Shown here one piece after another: positions 26,750 through 37,859 of a DNA stretch of 64,000 nt; position 1 is the stretch's first letter; the number at the start of each line of letters is the position of its first letter. The stretch is taken from NCBI RefSeq assembly GCF_000002075.1, contig NW_004797471.1:878578-942577 (forward strand), read 5' to 3'. The position numbers were made by a program, and so were the translations under genes. This stretch comes from Aplysia californica (Eukaryota). The notes beneath the pieces were generated by a model. That model did no database searches and was not told the origin of the DNA. It was given only the letters and a program-made list of their open reading frames with translations.

Positions 26750-28165
26750 ATGAAAGAATAAAAAAGTTAAGAATGATGAAAGTCAAGAGATAGAAAAAAC
26801 AACAAAAATAATTAAGATTTTCTTACCTGACTTCTACGATGTGGAGACTTGATATAGGTAATCCAGGGCATAATCCAAGCCAGAAAACACAGACACATGT
26901 GGCACATATATTCCAATAGAAAAAAAAAGAACACATCACAGGTATTTGCACTATGTACACTTATTTACAGAGGGTGCCAGCAGATCACTGACGCCAGAAG
27001 AAACGCTCGGTGTGGTACTTTTTATAGCACCCTACCAAGCACAGGCCTGGTTTGCTTGGGCAGTCGGGACAATAATACCGAGTGTCTCTTCGCGTGCCCT
27101 TCCGTGCACACACACGGCACTTCTTTTGTGGCCTTGCTTTTTTTTCTGTCGCTGGCAGAACCTCAACAAAGTGCCGACCGTAGAGTCTTACGCTGTGGTC
27201 ATCCTCCACAGCATCTGCCGGATTGCCGTCACCGAAGATGAGGTCTGATAGGACATCTTTCTGAAAAGAAAGGAAGGTGCCTTCGTTGCCAGCCTTCTGA
27301 TACAGAATGAAGGCATTCAAAAGCCCAATCTGTATGAAGCGGATACAGAGCTTCTTGTACCACTTCAAACTTTTCCGTGTTGCATCATAAGGCTGCAACA
27401 TCTGGTCATGGCGATCAACTGCACCCATTTTTTGATTGTATTCCACAATCGCTGGAGGCTTCTCTCCGGTGCCCTGTGGTGGGTGACAAGTCGTCAGCAT
27501 GTAGACGTCTCGCTTGTCTACAAACTTTTGGGCCAGAAGTGGTTCGCTGACGCAGCTCTCTGTTCGGCCTTTGGGGATTTGGAGCTGCCGAAGGCAAAGC
27601 GGCGCTCTGTTTGCTCTCAAAGTCCCGCAACACGAGGTACCCTTTGAATGAAGAAAGGAAAATAAGTCAACCGATGAGTACCAGTTGTCAACAAACAACT
27701 TGTGCCCCTTGTTCAAAAGAGGCAGCATAAGGTGGACTACCTCTTTTGCGGAACACCCCATGCTGGCACAACCTTCTGGCAGCACTTCATTCATGGCCTC
27801 GGTATTTTCATCCTTTCCAGTGTACACACGAAATCTGTACGTGTACCCACTGCTATCGCACAACATAAACGATTTTATGCCGAATCTGGCACGCTTGAGC
27901 GGAATATACTGCTTGAACAGCAAGCGGCCTTTCCACAGTAGTAGGGACTCATCGATCGCTGTGTCCTGACCAGGTTCAAATGCAGCCTGAAAATGTTGCA
28001 ACAGGTGGGTCAGGACAGGCCGAGGCTTGAAGAGCCGGTCCCTGTAACAGGTGGGTCAGGACAGGCCGAGGCTTGAAGAGCCGGTCCCTGTAACAGGTGG
28101 GTCAGGACAGGCCGAGGCTTGAAGAGCCGGTCCCTGCAACAGGTGGGTCAGGACAGGCCGAGGCT
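26750..28165 (-). mobile_element. piggyBac element E; open C-terminal 338 codons (26985-28001) plus 3' region
   Basis: AIDESLLLWKGR, LFVDNWYSS, YNQKMGAVDRHDQ, CRVC..CPDC..LC..C..YH; bounded by gaps. Confidence 0.92.
28002..28165. repeat. 46-bp tandem repeat derived from piggyBac coding sequence
   Basis: CAGGTGGGTCAGGACAGGCCGAGGCTTGAAGAGCCGGTCCCTGTAA starting at 28002, 28048, 28094 and 28140; runs into a gap. Confidence 0.95.
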
Positions 28166-28265
28166 NNNNNNNNNNNNNNNNNNNNNNNNNNNNNNNNNNN
28201 NNNNNNNNNNNNNNNNNNNNNNNNNNNNNNNNNNNNNNNNNNNNNNNNNNNNNNNNNNNNNNNNN

Positions 28266-28324
28266 GCCTCGAACGGAAATACTTCCGGCTCGCCGTACGG
28301 CGAGATGAGACAGCAAAGAGTTAA
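28266..28324 (-). mobile_element. Second copy of the piggyBac C 5' terminus plus TTAA
   Basis: Identical to 22576-22634 except one base. Confidence 0.9.
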
Positions 28325-29831
28325 AGTACTTTTTAAAAAGTACTTAAGTACAAATTTAAGTACAATCTAAAAAATGTACTTAAGTACAGTAAAAGTACTT
28401 TCCTGTAAAATGTACTTGAGTACAAGTACTTTTTAAAAAAAGTACTCATGAGTACATTTTGAGTACTTTCTGCTAATAATATGCTAAAACACTTCTATGC
28501 CAATGCAAAACGTCATATATCGAATAACCTCCAGTATTTGTCAAATTTGACAAATTTTGAAAGTTGAAAACCTTAAAATCTAACTACCAAAAGTCCTTAT
28601 TGTACTTCACCAAGAGGAGATTCTCAAAATTCCTGTTACTGAGTGAAGATCTCTTGGGCACAAAAATGAGCCCCCCCCCCAGCGAGAACAGCCTCTCTAC
28701 TGGTGCTGATGATGGGAGGATGCTGTTTAACTGGCGGAAAAGGGTCTTCACATCCGGAAAAGCTTCCGGACAGCCGAGGGAGATGTCTTTAGCTGCCAAT
28801 CAGGTATTCGGGTTCCTCGGCTCCACCGAAGACGGAAAAGAGGCCATCGTCAACCACCTCCTCCTCACGGCCTGACTCCTTTTCAAAATTGGAGAGTTCG
28901 TCTGTGAACAGCTGCTTGGCTCTCTCCTTTGCTGCCAGGTCGTTTTGAAGAAATGAGAGCTTGAATCTATAGTAAGAGAGAGAAATGAAAAACAGACACC
29001 CTTTTTTCATTAGAAATCATACCGTAATTGAAAAATGATCAATATGCATTACAACCGAGCAAAAAGACATTAAATGATTACAAGACATTGAGAATACATG
29101 TACATAATCAACGCACTATACTATATGGTGGCTGTAACTTTTGAAGACTAAATGTTAATTTCAATTAATTTTTTTTTAACCTTTTCCCATTTATATTATG
29201 CACACTTTGTAACTGTTACAGATAGAGATTCAAGGATTATAGATGTAAGTCTAGGTTCTGAGAGAAAGAGAGAGGTGTTCATTTCTAGCTAACCAGCCCA
29301 CCTACCTTTTAATGTGAACCCAAATGTTTAATATGCATTACTTTTTGGCAAACTCTCATAAATAATTAACTTACTTGGGATGCACAACTGCAGCCAAGAC
29401 ACAGGTCTTGTCGCCGAACATAGGGCAATAGGCCTGAACCTTTTATCCAGTCCTGTCAGGAGTTCAAGGCAAACAGTCCTGCAGCGTCCTGCACTGTCCA
29501 GAATGGATGTCAGTTTTAACTTCAATGCCACCAGGGTGGGCAGAAGGTGCCCCAGGGTGGTCTCCTTCTCTCCCTGAAGCAGATCCAGCGCAAAAGAAAA
29601 AGGTTTCATCACCTTGGAAAAGTCTAACGAGATAACAAAAATTAGTAAAGAAAATCTATAATAAATAAATGAGTTTAAAAAAGAAGTAGGAATTTTGATC
29701 ATTGCCAAAATCTTACTGACTTACTATTTCCTAGCACAAGCACTAGCTAACCCAAACACATAGAAAATCACCAAAAGAGACAGGATTACAAAACAACAAA
29801 TAGTAAACAAAGAAAATAAAAATAGTTTTAA

Positions 29832-30822
29832 CCCCTTCACTGCTGACCTATATGCCCCGCCCTGTGCTGACCTTATTTCCAGGAATAGCACTTCAAACTG
29901 ATGACCCTTTCAAAGTGCTATTTACTCTGTGGTAATGCATCAAATGCATAACAATGTATATATTATTTTAAAGGAAAATGAATGAGCTTTTCAGTCATGC
30001 CAAAGACAAAACACAATATGAAAGAATAAAAAAGTTAAGAATGATGAAAGACAAGAGATAGAAAAAACAACAAAAATAATTAAGATTTTCTTACCTGACT
30101 TCTACGATGTGGAGACTTGATATAGGTAATCCAGGGCATAATCCAAGCCAGAAAACACAGACACATGTGGCACATATATTCCAATAGAAAAAAAAAGAAC
30201 ACATCACAGGTATTTGCACTATGTACACTTATTTACAGAGGGTGCCAGCAGATCACTGACGCCAGAAGAAACGCTCGGTGTGGTACTTTTTATAGCACCC
30301 TACCAAGCACAGGCGTGGTTTGCTTGGGCAGTCGGGACAATAATAGCGAGTGTCGCTTCGCGGGCCCTTCCGTGCACACACACGGCACTTCTTCTGTGGC
30401 GTTGCTTTCTTTTCTGTCGCTGGCAAAACCTCAACGAAGTGCCGACCGTAGAGTCTTACGCTGTGGTCATCCTCCACAGCATCTGCGGGATTGCCGTCAC
30501 CGAAGATGAGGCCTGATATGACAACTTTCTGAAATGAAAGGAAGGTGCTTTCGTTGCCAGCCTTCTGATACAGGATGAAGGCATTCAGATGCCCAATTTG
30601 TATGAAGCTGATACAGAGCTTCTTGTACCATTTCAGACTCTTCCGTGTTGCATCATAAGGCTGCAACATCTGATCGTGGCGATCAACTGCTGCCATTTTT
30701 TTTATTGTTTTCCACAATCGCTGGAGGCTTCTCTCCAGTGCCCTGTGGTGGATGACAAGTTGTCAGCATGTAGACGTCTCGCTTGTCTACAAACTTTTGG
30801 GGATTTGGAGCTGCCGAAGAAA
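29832..30822 (-). mobile_element. piggyBac element E' (paralog of E); 3' terminus plus degraded C-terminal transposase
   Basis: TTAA|CCCCTTCACTGCTG at 29828-29845; 30018-30800 closely matches 26750-27530; inserted in a hAT intron. Confidence 0.9.
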
Positions 30823-31253
30823 TCTTGAGTTGTGATGAAATGCGATAAATTTATAGCCAACGAACATTTCCCTGAAAAAACAACAACAAGCGAACAAAAA
30901 ACACACGTAAGACATTAAAGGTTTCCTTAACCTTACAGAAATCTTTGACGTAGGTCAATTCTTCTTCACTAAAGTGGGTTCCCCCAAGTCTGTCCATCAG
31001 AACATTTAGGGATTCCTTCACCTTTCGTAAGCAGTCCATTGCATCAAACGAGCTGTTCCATCTTGTGGCATTTGGAACAATCAAATACCTTCCCAGAACT
31101 GAATAGATTGTCTCTAGGTAAAAGTGAGAACAAAAGGAAATGAGTGGGAGTTGGCAGCGGATAGTGAAAAAAAAAAGGTCCTGCTGATAAAAAAATGATA
31201 GATTCTAGTTTACTTTTGTTTGCTTACCTCCAAACACTTGACAATTGTGGCTC

Positions 31254-32140
31254 TAGTAGTAGTAGTATAAGGTTTTACGGCGCTCGCAACTGCTAAGGTC
31301 ATATGAGCGCGCGAAACACAAGTTGTTCGCCTCTGCGAAAGTTCACTTCACGGCTGGTAACTAATTTACTTTAAAATGCTAAAAAGTTAAAATATTCAAA
31401 TTCGGTGTAAATACATTTGTGATCTAAAACAACTTTTAAGTAACAATAAAAATTTTTAATAATATCAGATTCACTTTACAACTCGCCATAAAGGCCAATG
31501 GCCTTTATAAAATTTAAAATTCTGCTGGGAACAACGACGGAGAAAATATCCTGCAATTTCTTGCATTTATAATATTTCCTTAGGATCTCTCCAAAGTCTA
31601 GACATTCTGTTAAAATGTGTCTAATGGTAAAATCTGTGTCGCATCCGACACAGAACGGCTTCTCCTCTCCCTGTAGGAGGTATTTGTGGGTCAGGGCCGT
31701 GTGTCCGATGCGCAATCGAGTAAAAATGACTTCGTCTCTTCTGGAGAGATCCGAAGGATTTCGCTGTTCTAGTCTGGGTTTAATTTCATGTAATTTATTA
31801 TTTTTCTGGTTTTCCCAGTGGCTCTCCCACAGACTGGAGGTGTACTTTTTGACTTTATTTCTAAAGCCAGTCTGTGGGAGAGTGTTTGTCGTTGATCCCA
31901 GCAGAAGGGATAAAGCTTTCTTTGCCAGGTCGTCTACCTGCTCGTTTCCTCGGATGCCCACATGGCTGGGTATCCATGCGAACATGATGTTTTTTCCTGT
32001 TTCGGATAGTGTATGGATTTTCTGTTGTAGCCTAACTATTTTTGGGTGTAGGAGTGTGTAGTTTGTGAGTGAAGTGATGCAAGACAGAGAGTCAGAAAGG
32101 ATAAGGAAAGATTTGTTAGGGGAATTTTCTACAGAGTCCT
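31254..32140 (-). mobile_element. 5'-truncated I-group (Nimb/Ingi-like) LINE: RNase H C-terminus, zinc knuckle, (TAC)n tail
   Basis: ILSDSLSC..., WIPSHVGIRGNEQVDDLAK, RLRIGHT, CVGC..TIRHILTEC. Confidence 0.88.
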
Positions 32141-32258
32141 TTCACTGAGCTTCAAAAGTACTTGAAATATACTTTAAAAGTACAGTAAAAGCTCAAAATG
32201 TACCAGAGTACAGTAAAAGTACGAAGATTGTAACGTAAGTCTGTTACTACCAGCTCTG

Positions 32259-32575
32259 GACATAAGGGTATTGACCTCGAAAGGCGAATTTTTGTCATTG
32301 TTGAGTCTTGGTGAAGAGTAAACCTCTGACGATTTATAACCACACCCCCTGTTCTTGCTCGTCAGACGCATGGGTGCAGAGAAACCATTTATCTGTCCCT
32401 CTCCCCCGACGAGAGATATCTGCTCATCCAGCCCACAGACTGGGCACACCACCTCGGCAAGCAGTTTGTTAATTTGTTGGAACTCTGCAAGGGTCCATGT
32501 GTGGGATGACTCCCAAGGTGTTGACACAGACGTAAAACAGCCTTGCATTTTGCTCAGCTTCTCCTTTGATGTAAC
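32259..32575 (-). mobile_element. Mutator-like/Kolobok-type transposase N-terminal Cys-rich fragment
   Basis: VCPVCG...GFSAPMRL...CGY...YSSPR...FEVNTLMS. Confidence 0.6.
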
Positions 32576-32689
32576 TCGAGGGGGGAGGGACCGGGGGGGG
32601 GGGGGGGGGGGGTACAGCTTCAGTGCTGGGAAAACAAGAGGAAATAAGGTTCTAAGTACCGGTATTATTTATTCCATCCAAATTAGTAC

Positions 32690-32960
32690 TCTATTCTCTA
32701 CGCCAGGTCGGCCCACAGGGTTGTAACTGAGCTGCTGGTCGAACTTGTCCACCCCCACCCATAAACTTGTTGTAGTCGATGAGTGGAAGCAGACAATAGA
32801 TGAACAGGCCTCTTGTCGTGGAAGCTCGTGGCGACAAGGTTCCCTTGCTGAAGCTGTTGCTCATCGCCCTTCTTAATATCTTTAGTTTTTTCTTCATAGC
32901 CTGCTGGAGGCCTTTTCGGTTTTCCATGACAGTGCCACAACAGTAAGTGTCGTGTGACAA
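32690..32960 (-). mobile_element. piggyBac element F; degraded internal fragment
   Basis: CCGTVMENRKGL, FHDKRPVHLLS, IDYNKFMG.VDKFDQQLSY in shifting frames. Confidence 0.75.
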
Positions 32961-33139
32961 CAGATGCTAGGCTATTTCCACACCATTGATAAAACGGTCG
33001 AAGTAGACATGATGACCTTTCCCATAGTGGGGTTGACACAAATAGTCTACCATTTCGTATGACAGAGTCTTTCCAGGATTTCTGCCACGGTTTTTCCCTA
33101 TGTAAAATTTGAAACCCAACACGATCGCCACTCACGGCA

Positions 33140-33480
33140 TCACACTTTCTTTGTCACCTCGCTGTCAGGAGACTGGATTGCAAAGATATGACTGATTCTG
33201 AAACAGCTGTTAAATGAAAAGTGGCTGCAAATGGTCCTCAGTACCCATAAAGTCTCAGCTTTGAGAACCAGTTCACTGGTTTTAACGAACTTTTTCATGA
33301 TGGTGTTGGTGGCCGCCGTTGAATTGGCAGTGGGCTCTGGCCCTGGTTCACAAACAACAATCTCCGTCGTGGACGATCCAGGTGCAGTGGAGGAAGCCAC
33401 AGAGTCAGACTTGGTGGTTATTGACATTGATTTTGGCTCATGTGCCTTAGCGCCAGCACAGAACGATGGCAATGCCGAGT
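33140..33480 (-). mobile_element. hAT-like transposase N-terminal fragment
   Basis: VLKAETLWVLRTICSHFSFNSC...IF...PDSEV. Confidence 0.55.
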
Positions 33481-33679
33481 GATTTACTGGATGAGCTGAC
33501 TGAAGAGCGCCGTAAAACCCTATACTAAACTAAGAAGGGAAAGGTGGAATATTATGAATAATTTACAGTCTGCGTATTCAGACAGTTGCTGCGAACCGCT
33601 TGTACATGCGTCATTTGAGACAAACACAAAAAACTCAAGGAAAAAAAAACAACATACATGATATAAAAATAATGTAATT

Positions 33680-34490
33680 CTTACTTTCTCAAATTCTTAT
33701 TCAAAAAGAGGGCCATGTCAAAGTTCTAAGATGAAAGGTTGCTTCTTCTGCTGGAAATGATCTCCCCAGCCTTTGAAAAAAAGTCTCTCCGAGGGTACTG
33801 ATGTCGCAGGAACGCAAAGGTACCTTTTTGCGGCTTGTTGCTGCTTCATTTTCCCTCAGCCAGTGGCGTGGTTTCGTATTCTTGCCAATGAGAGGCTCCT
33901 GCTGATACCTGCCCAGTTCGGTCAGCGGACATATTGAAGTGTGGCCAGTCTGCTTGATGTGTTCTTGTGCCTTTTGGTCGAACTTTGTCCCTCAGAAGTA
34001 GGCCTAGGCGAAGTGGCTGATGCTGATGACGAGGTCTGTTGTTGCGGCTGTGATTGCTGTTGGGCTGTGTCGACTGCATCCCACTGCTTCATCAAACTCA
34101 CCTCATCCTCAGCCTTCTTAATCCCAGATTCCAGACCCACTGCAATCTGCTTCATTCTTGGATCAACGTAGGTGCATGTGGCGTTGATTGTTTTCTCTTC
34201 GATGGTCCCAAAGCGAGAAGTGAGGACTTGTCCAAGTTTCACTGCAAGCTTGTTGTCTTTGATGGTGTCCTCACACAAATTGTCTTGAATCCCTCTGATC
34301 ATTGGTATCACTTTAGAAAAGAGTTGTGACCTTGTCAGCACTCATCTCCGTTGTTGCCTGCTCAAAAGGACGAAGAGCAGTCACTGCCTTCTCTGCTACG
34401 GTGTTTTCCTGTGAAGACAACAGCAGGTCAGCTTTGTTGAGCCACCCCTATGTTATGCTGATCATCTGCTGCTGTTGCGTGTACTCTGTG
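33680..34490 (-). mobile_element. hAT (Ac/ZBED1-like) transposase C-terminal fragment
   Basis: LRPFEQATTEMS, YVDPRMK and dimerization motif AKRYLCVPATSVPSERLFSKAGEIISSRRSNL. Confidence 0.85.
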
Positions 34491-34769
34491 GCATTGAACA
34501 ATGAAAAGAAGACATGACAGATCAAGACTTTTTGTATAGAGGGAAATTAGTGTTTTTGTGGAATCGAAATGGAATGTAGCACAATTGGTACCTAAAAAAA
34601 AAGCCCTGAAAAAACGAACAGAGACTGTTCATGGACAAAACTCAAGTAAATAAACAACAAATTCATACCAAAAATCCACTAGATTTAGATTTAATTACAG
34701 GCACTTAAAAAAAAGTGAAGCAAAATTAAAATTGAATAATGCCCCCCCCCCCCCCCCCCGCGCGCCACG

Positions 34770-35100
34770 TGTAGGCCTACACGTGTCTGTATTGTATGGA
34801 TGTTAACTTGTAAAATAGTATAAATGTGGTAGGCCTACATGTGTTTGTATGGATGTTAACTTGTAAAATAGTATAAATGTGGTAGGCCTAGATACATGTG
34901 TTTGTATGGATGTTAACTTGTAAAATAGCATAAATGTGGTAGGCCTACATGTGTTTGTATGGATGTTAACTTGCATAAACGTGGTAGGCCTACTTGTCTG
35001 TGTATGGATATATTTATTGTACATAACTTGGTAATGGTAGGCCTACTTGTATGGATATATTTATTGTACTTAACTTGGTACCGTAGGCCTACTTGTGTCT
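34770..35100. repeat. ~53-bp minisatellite
   Basis: TGTTAACTTGTAAAATAGTATAAATGTGGTAGGCCTACATGTGTTTGTATGGA repeated about 4 times plus degenerate copies. Confidence 0.85.
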
Positions 35101-35469
35101 TGTGTTATGCTGTTTGCTCATTTTACATAATGCGATTGGACTACGTGTATGGATGTTGAATGGTGTGAAGTAATGATTGTTGTGCAAGAGCGGCAAGAAG
35201 TATGAAAGGGAGAACTTGAGAGAGAGTGAAACTCTTTTGTACATAAGTTTATCACTGTTTTGCTTGACCACGCCCATTATTGTGTCAATAAAAACTGCCA
35301 TTATTGTTGTGACAATCTTTGTCCTGTTTTTGTCTCCTTTGTTGAGTGTGAAGAAGAAAGTTGCATTGTGTTACTCTGTAGATCCAGCTTCCTTGGTGTA
35401 GCTGTAAGTGTAAGGTGCTTCACGGCCGCATGCAAGCAGAAGATGCGAATTCGATTTTTTTTTTTTTCT

Positions 35470-36962
35470 TACGGCACCTGCAGCTGAATAAAGTCATATG
35501 AGCACGGGGGACACAAACATTTTTCAGTTGGTAGGGAATTTTGAATTTTGCCCAGATGGCAGAGTGGGTAGTTGGCGGGTGCTCTGGTGTGGTTTGCTCC
35601 TTCTTTCCTGTCAAGCATCTGTCGTCCTTATCTCCCCTCCTTTTTTTGTGTATGTTACTCTCTAAGTCTCTTGTAACACATAATCTTTTCTTCGTGACTT
35701 ATATGACCTCATTGTGTTGCAAGTGCCGTAAAACTCTTACTCAATCTAAAACCAGATGGCGACCGAAGTCTACTCTTATCGATTTTGGACCACCAAGGTA
35801 TGTTTAACGTGTGCAACTTGCACTCAGGACCTCCGAGATTTTTCGCCCTTGTCCAAGAAGGCGTGTTGTATATCTTTCCTTTCATAAGATCAAGGGTGTG
35901 ACTGAAAGACAGCAGTAAAAAGGAGCCAATGAGTAGCAGAAGAAAGACTGCAGAAAGAGTCAGGAGCCCAGAAGAGGCAGCAAAGGAGGTGTGGGGGGTG
36001 GGCAGGGTTGGGTTGATTTAAATCAGTTGATTTTTTTTATTTAAATCAACTTGATTTTTTAAATAAAAATCAGTGATTTAAATCACTTTTTTTTAAATTT
36101 ATTTTTATTCAGTTTTTACATATTTCAACATTCAGAATTCCCTTCCTTGGTTTCATAAAACAGATATAAGGTTAAGTAGACTAATATAATTCATGTTTAA
36201 AAGTCTGCTTTCCCACCTTTCACTGTAAAATAATACAGTATTCAATTTACTTTTTTTTCCATAATTGAAATCAGAGCTGGGTTGATTTAAATCAGTTGAT
36301 TTTTTAAATATTTCAATCAACTTGATTTTTGAAATAAAAATCAGTGATCACTCTTTAACAAAAGTATTCAGTTTTTACATATTTGAACATTCAGAATTCC
36401 TTTCCTTGGTTTTATTAAACATATAAGGTTTAGTAGACTAATATAATCATGCTTAAAAGTCTGCTTTCCCCCTGTCACTGTAAAATAATACAGTGTATTC
36501 AATTGACTTTTTTTTTCATAATTGAAATCAGGGTTGGGTTGATTTAAATCAGGTCGATTTAAATGTTGATTTAAAAAAATTTTTAATCAACTTGATTTAA
36601 AAAATAAAACTCAGTGATTTAAATCATTTTTAAAAAATGTATTCTGTTTTTACATCTTTAAATATTCAGAATTCCTTTCCTTGGTTTTATAAAACAGTAT
36701 ATAAGGTTTAGTAGACTAATAAAATCATGCTTAAAAGTCTGCTTTCCCCCCTGTCACTGTAAAATAATACAGCATTCAATTTACTTTTTTTTCATTATTG
36801 AAATTAACATTTTCTTTTTCTTTTTAGACAAACACAAGCGCGTGCACACACACACACACTGTAATAAAATGCAAGTTTATCTATGCATAATTACCCCCCA
36901 CCCCCCCACCCCTTCCTTTTAGACTGACATTTTCTTCATTTTTTGTCTGTAGCCATAATTCA

Positions 36963-37005
<43 letters not shown>

Positions 37006-37423
37006 TATTATATAGCAGATTAAGGCTTTCTTTTGAGGTTGCTTAATTTAATCATTAGTTAAATTTAAAAGACAATGCATTTTGCACTAAAAGAACATAC
37101 TTTTAGCAACCAAAAATCCCAAATGTGTCGACATTTTTTAAAAAATCAACAAAATCAGATTTAAATTTAAAAAATCATGATTTAAATCAAAAAATCGATT
37201 TTTTAAATTTTTTTGAAAAAAAAAATAAAAATCACCAACCCTGGGGGTGGGGGCAGAAAGTGGAAACAAAAGCAGAGGACAGATCATTACTAGAGAGCAG
37301 AAAAGAAGGTGAAAGGAGACGATTTTTTTTTTGAGAAAACAAATTTCAGTCGCTATCCGGATTTGAACCCAGGACCTATTGAATGAGAAGTGAACACCTC
37401 TACTCTAGGCCACAAGAGCCCCC
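35470..37423 (-). mobile_element. tRNA-derived SINE (family of 60418-60933) interrupted by two nested insertions
   Basis: Head at 37345-37423, body at 35753-36002 and 37244-37345; insertions at 35563-35752 (flanked by CCAGATGGC) and 36003-37243. Confidence 0.8.
36003..37243. mobile_element. Non-autonomous hAT element with a triplicated left end
   Basis: TIR CAGGGTTGG / CCAACCCTG, 8-bp TSD GGGGTGGG; ~260-bp units start near 36003, 36272 and 36529. Confidence 0.85.
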
Positions 37424-37859
37424 AATTCAATTCTGTGAGAAATTTTTTTCTTCCTCAAGTGTCACCATCAATCTGCCTATCCCTCTCAGCAGGGGTTGGC
37501 ATTGACAGATCGCGTGGAAGCAGCCCATCTCCTAAATGATTTAAAAATTGTCGCCAGGACCGTAAAATTTATTTTGATTGGGAGCATTATAATTTATAGA
37601 GCAGCACTAAATTTTCCTCCGATTTTGTCTCCCAACTTTCAGTGGGGTGTGCCATTACATTACACAGACGAGTACATACCGTACAGAGTTTACACTGACG
37701 CATGTACAAGATGGAGTCATCAAACTTAAATGAGCTTTTGATTATAACGGATGTGCAGAAATTTGTAGTCCTTTTTTTCTATGTTAGTTTCAATAATATC
37801 CAGAAGAGTTTTACGTCTATCTCAACTATCTGGTATCATTCTGATGTATGCTAAACACT

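Larger units (their letters stand above)
18743..32258 (-). mobile_element. hAT element (13.5 kb including nested insertions); residual exons ~28584-28968, 29373-29624, 30931-31115
   Basis: TIR CAGAGCTG (18743-18750) / CAGCTCTG (32251-32258), TSD GACATAAG (18735-18742, 32259-32266); AAGTAC subterminal repeats at 28325-28470 and 32155-32225; motifs PNATRWNSSFD, ALDLLQGE, PSSAPVERLFS. Confidence 0.85.

Noticed and set aside
26985-28001. Domesticated PGBD host gene
   Set aside because: The N-terminus is disrupted by a frameshifting repeat and a gap, and a nearby paralog carries a TTAA terminus; it is a transposon.
35089-35440. Possible additional coding fragment at the cluster edge
   Set aside because: No recognisable motif in any frame; left unassigned.
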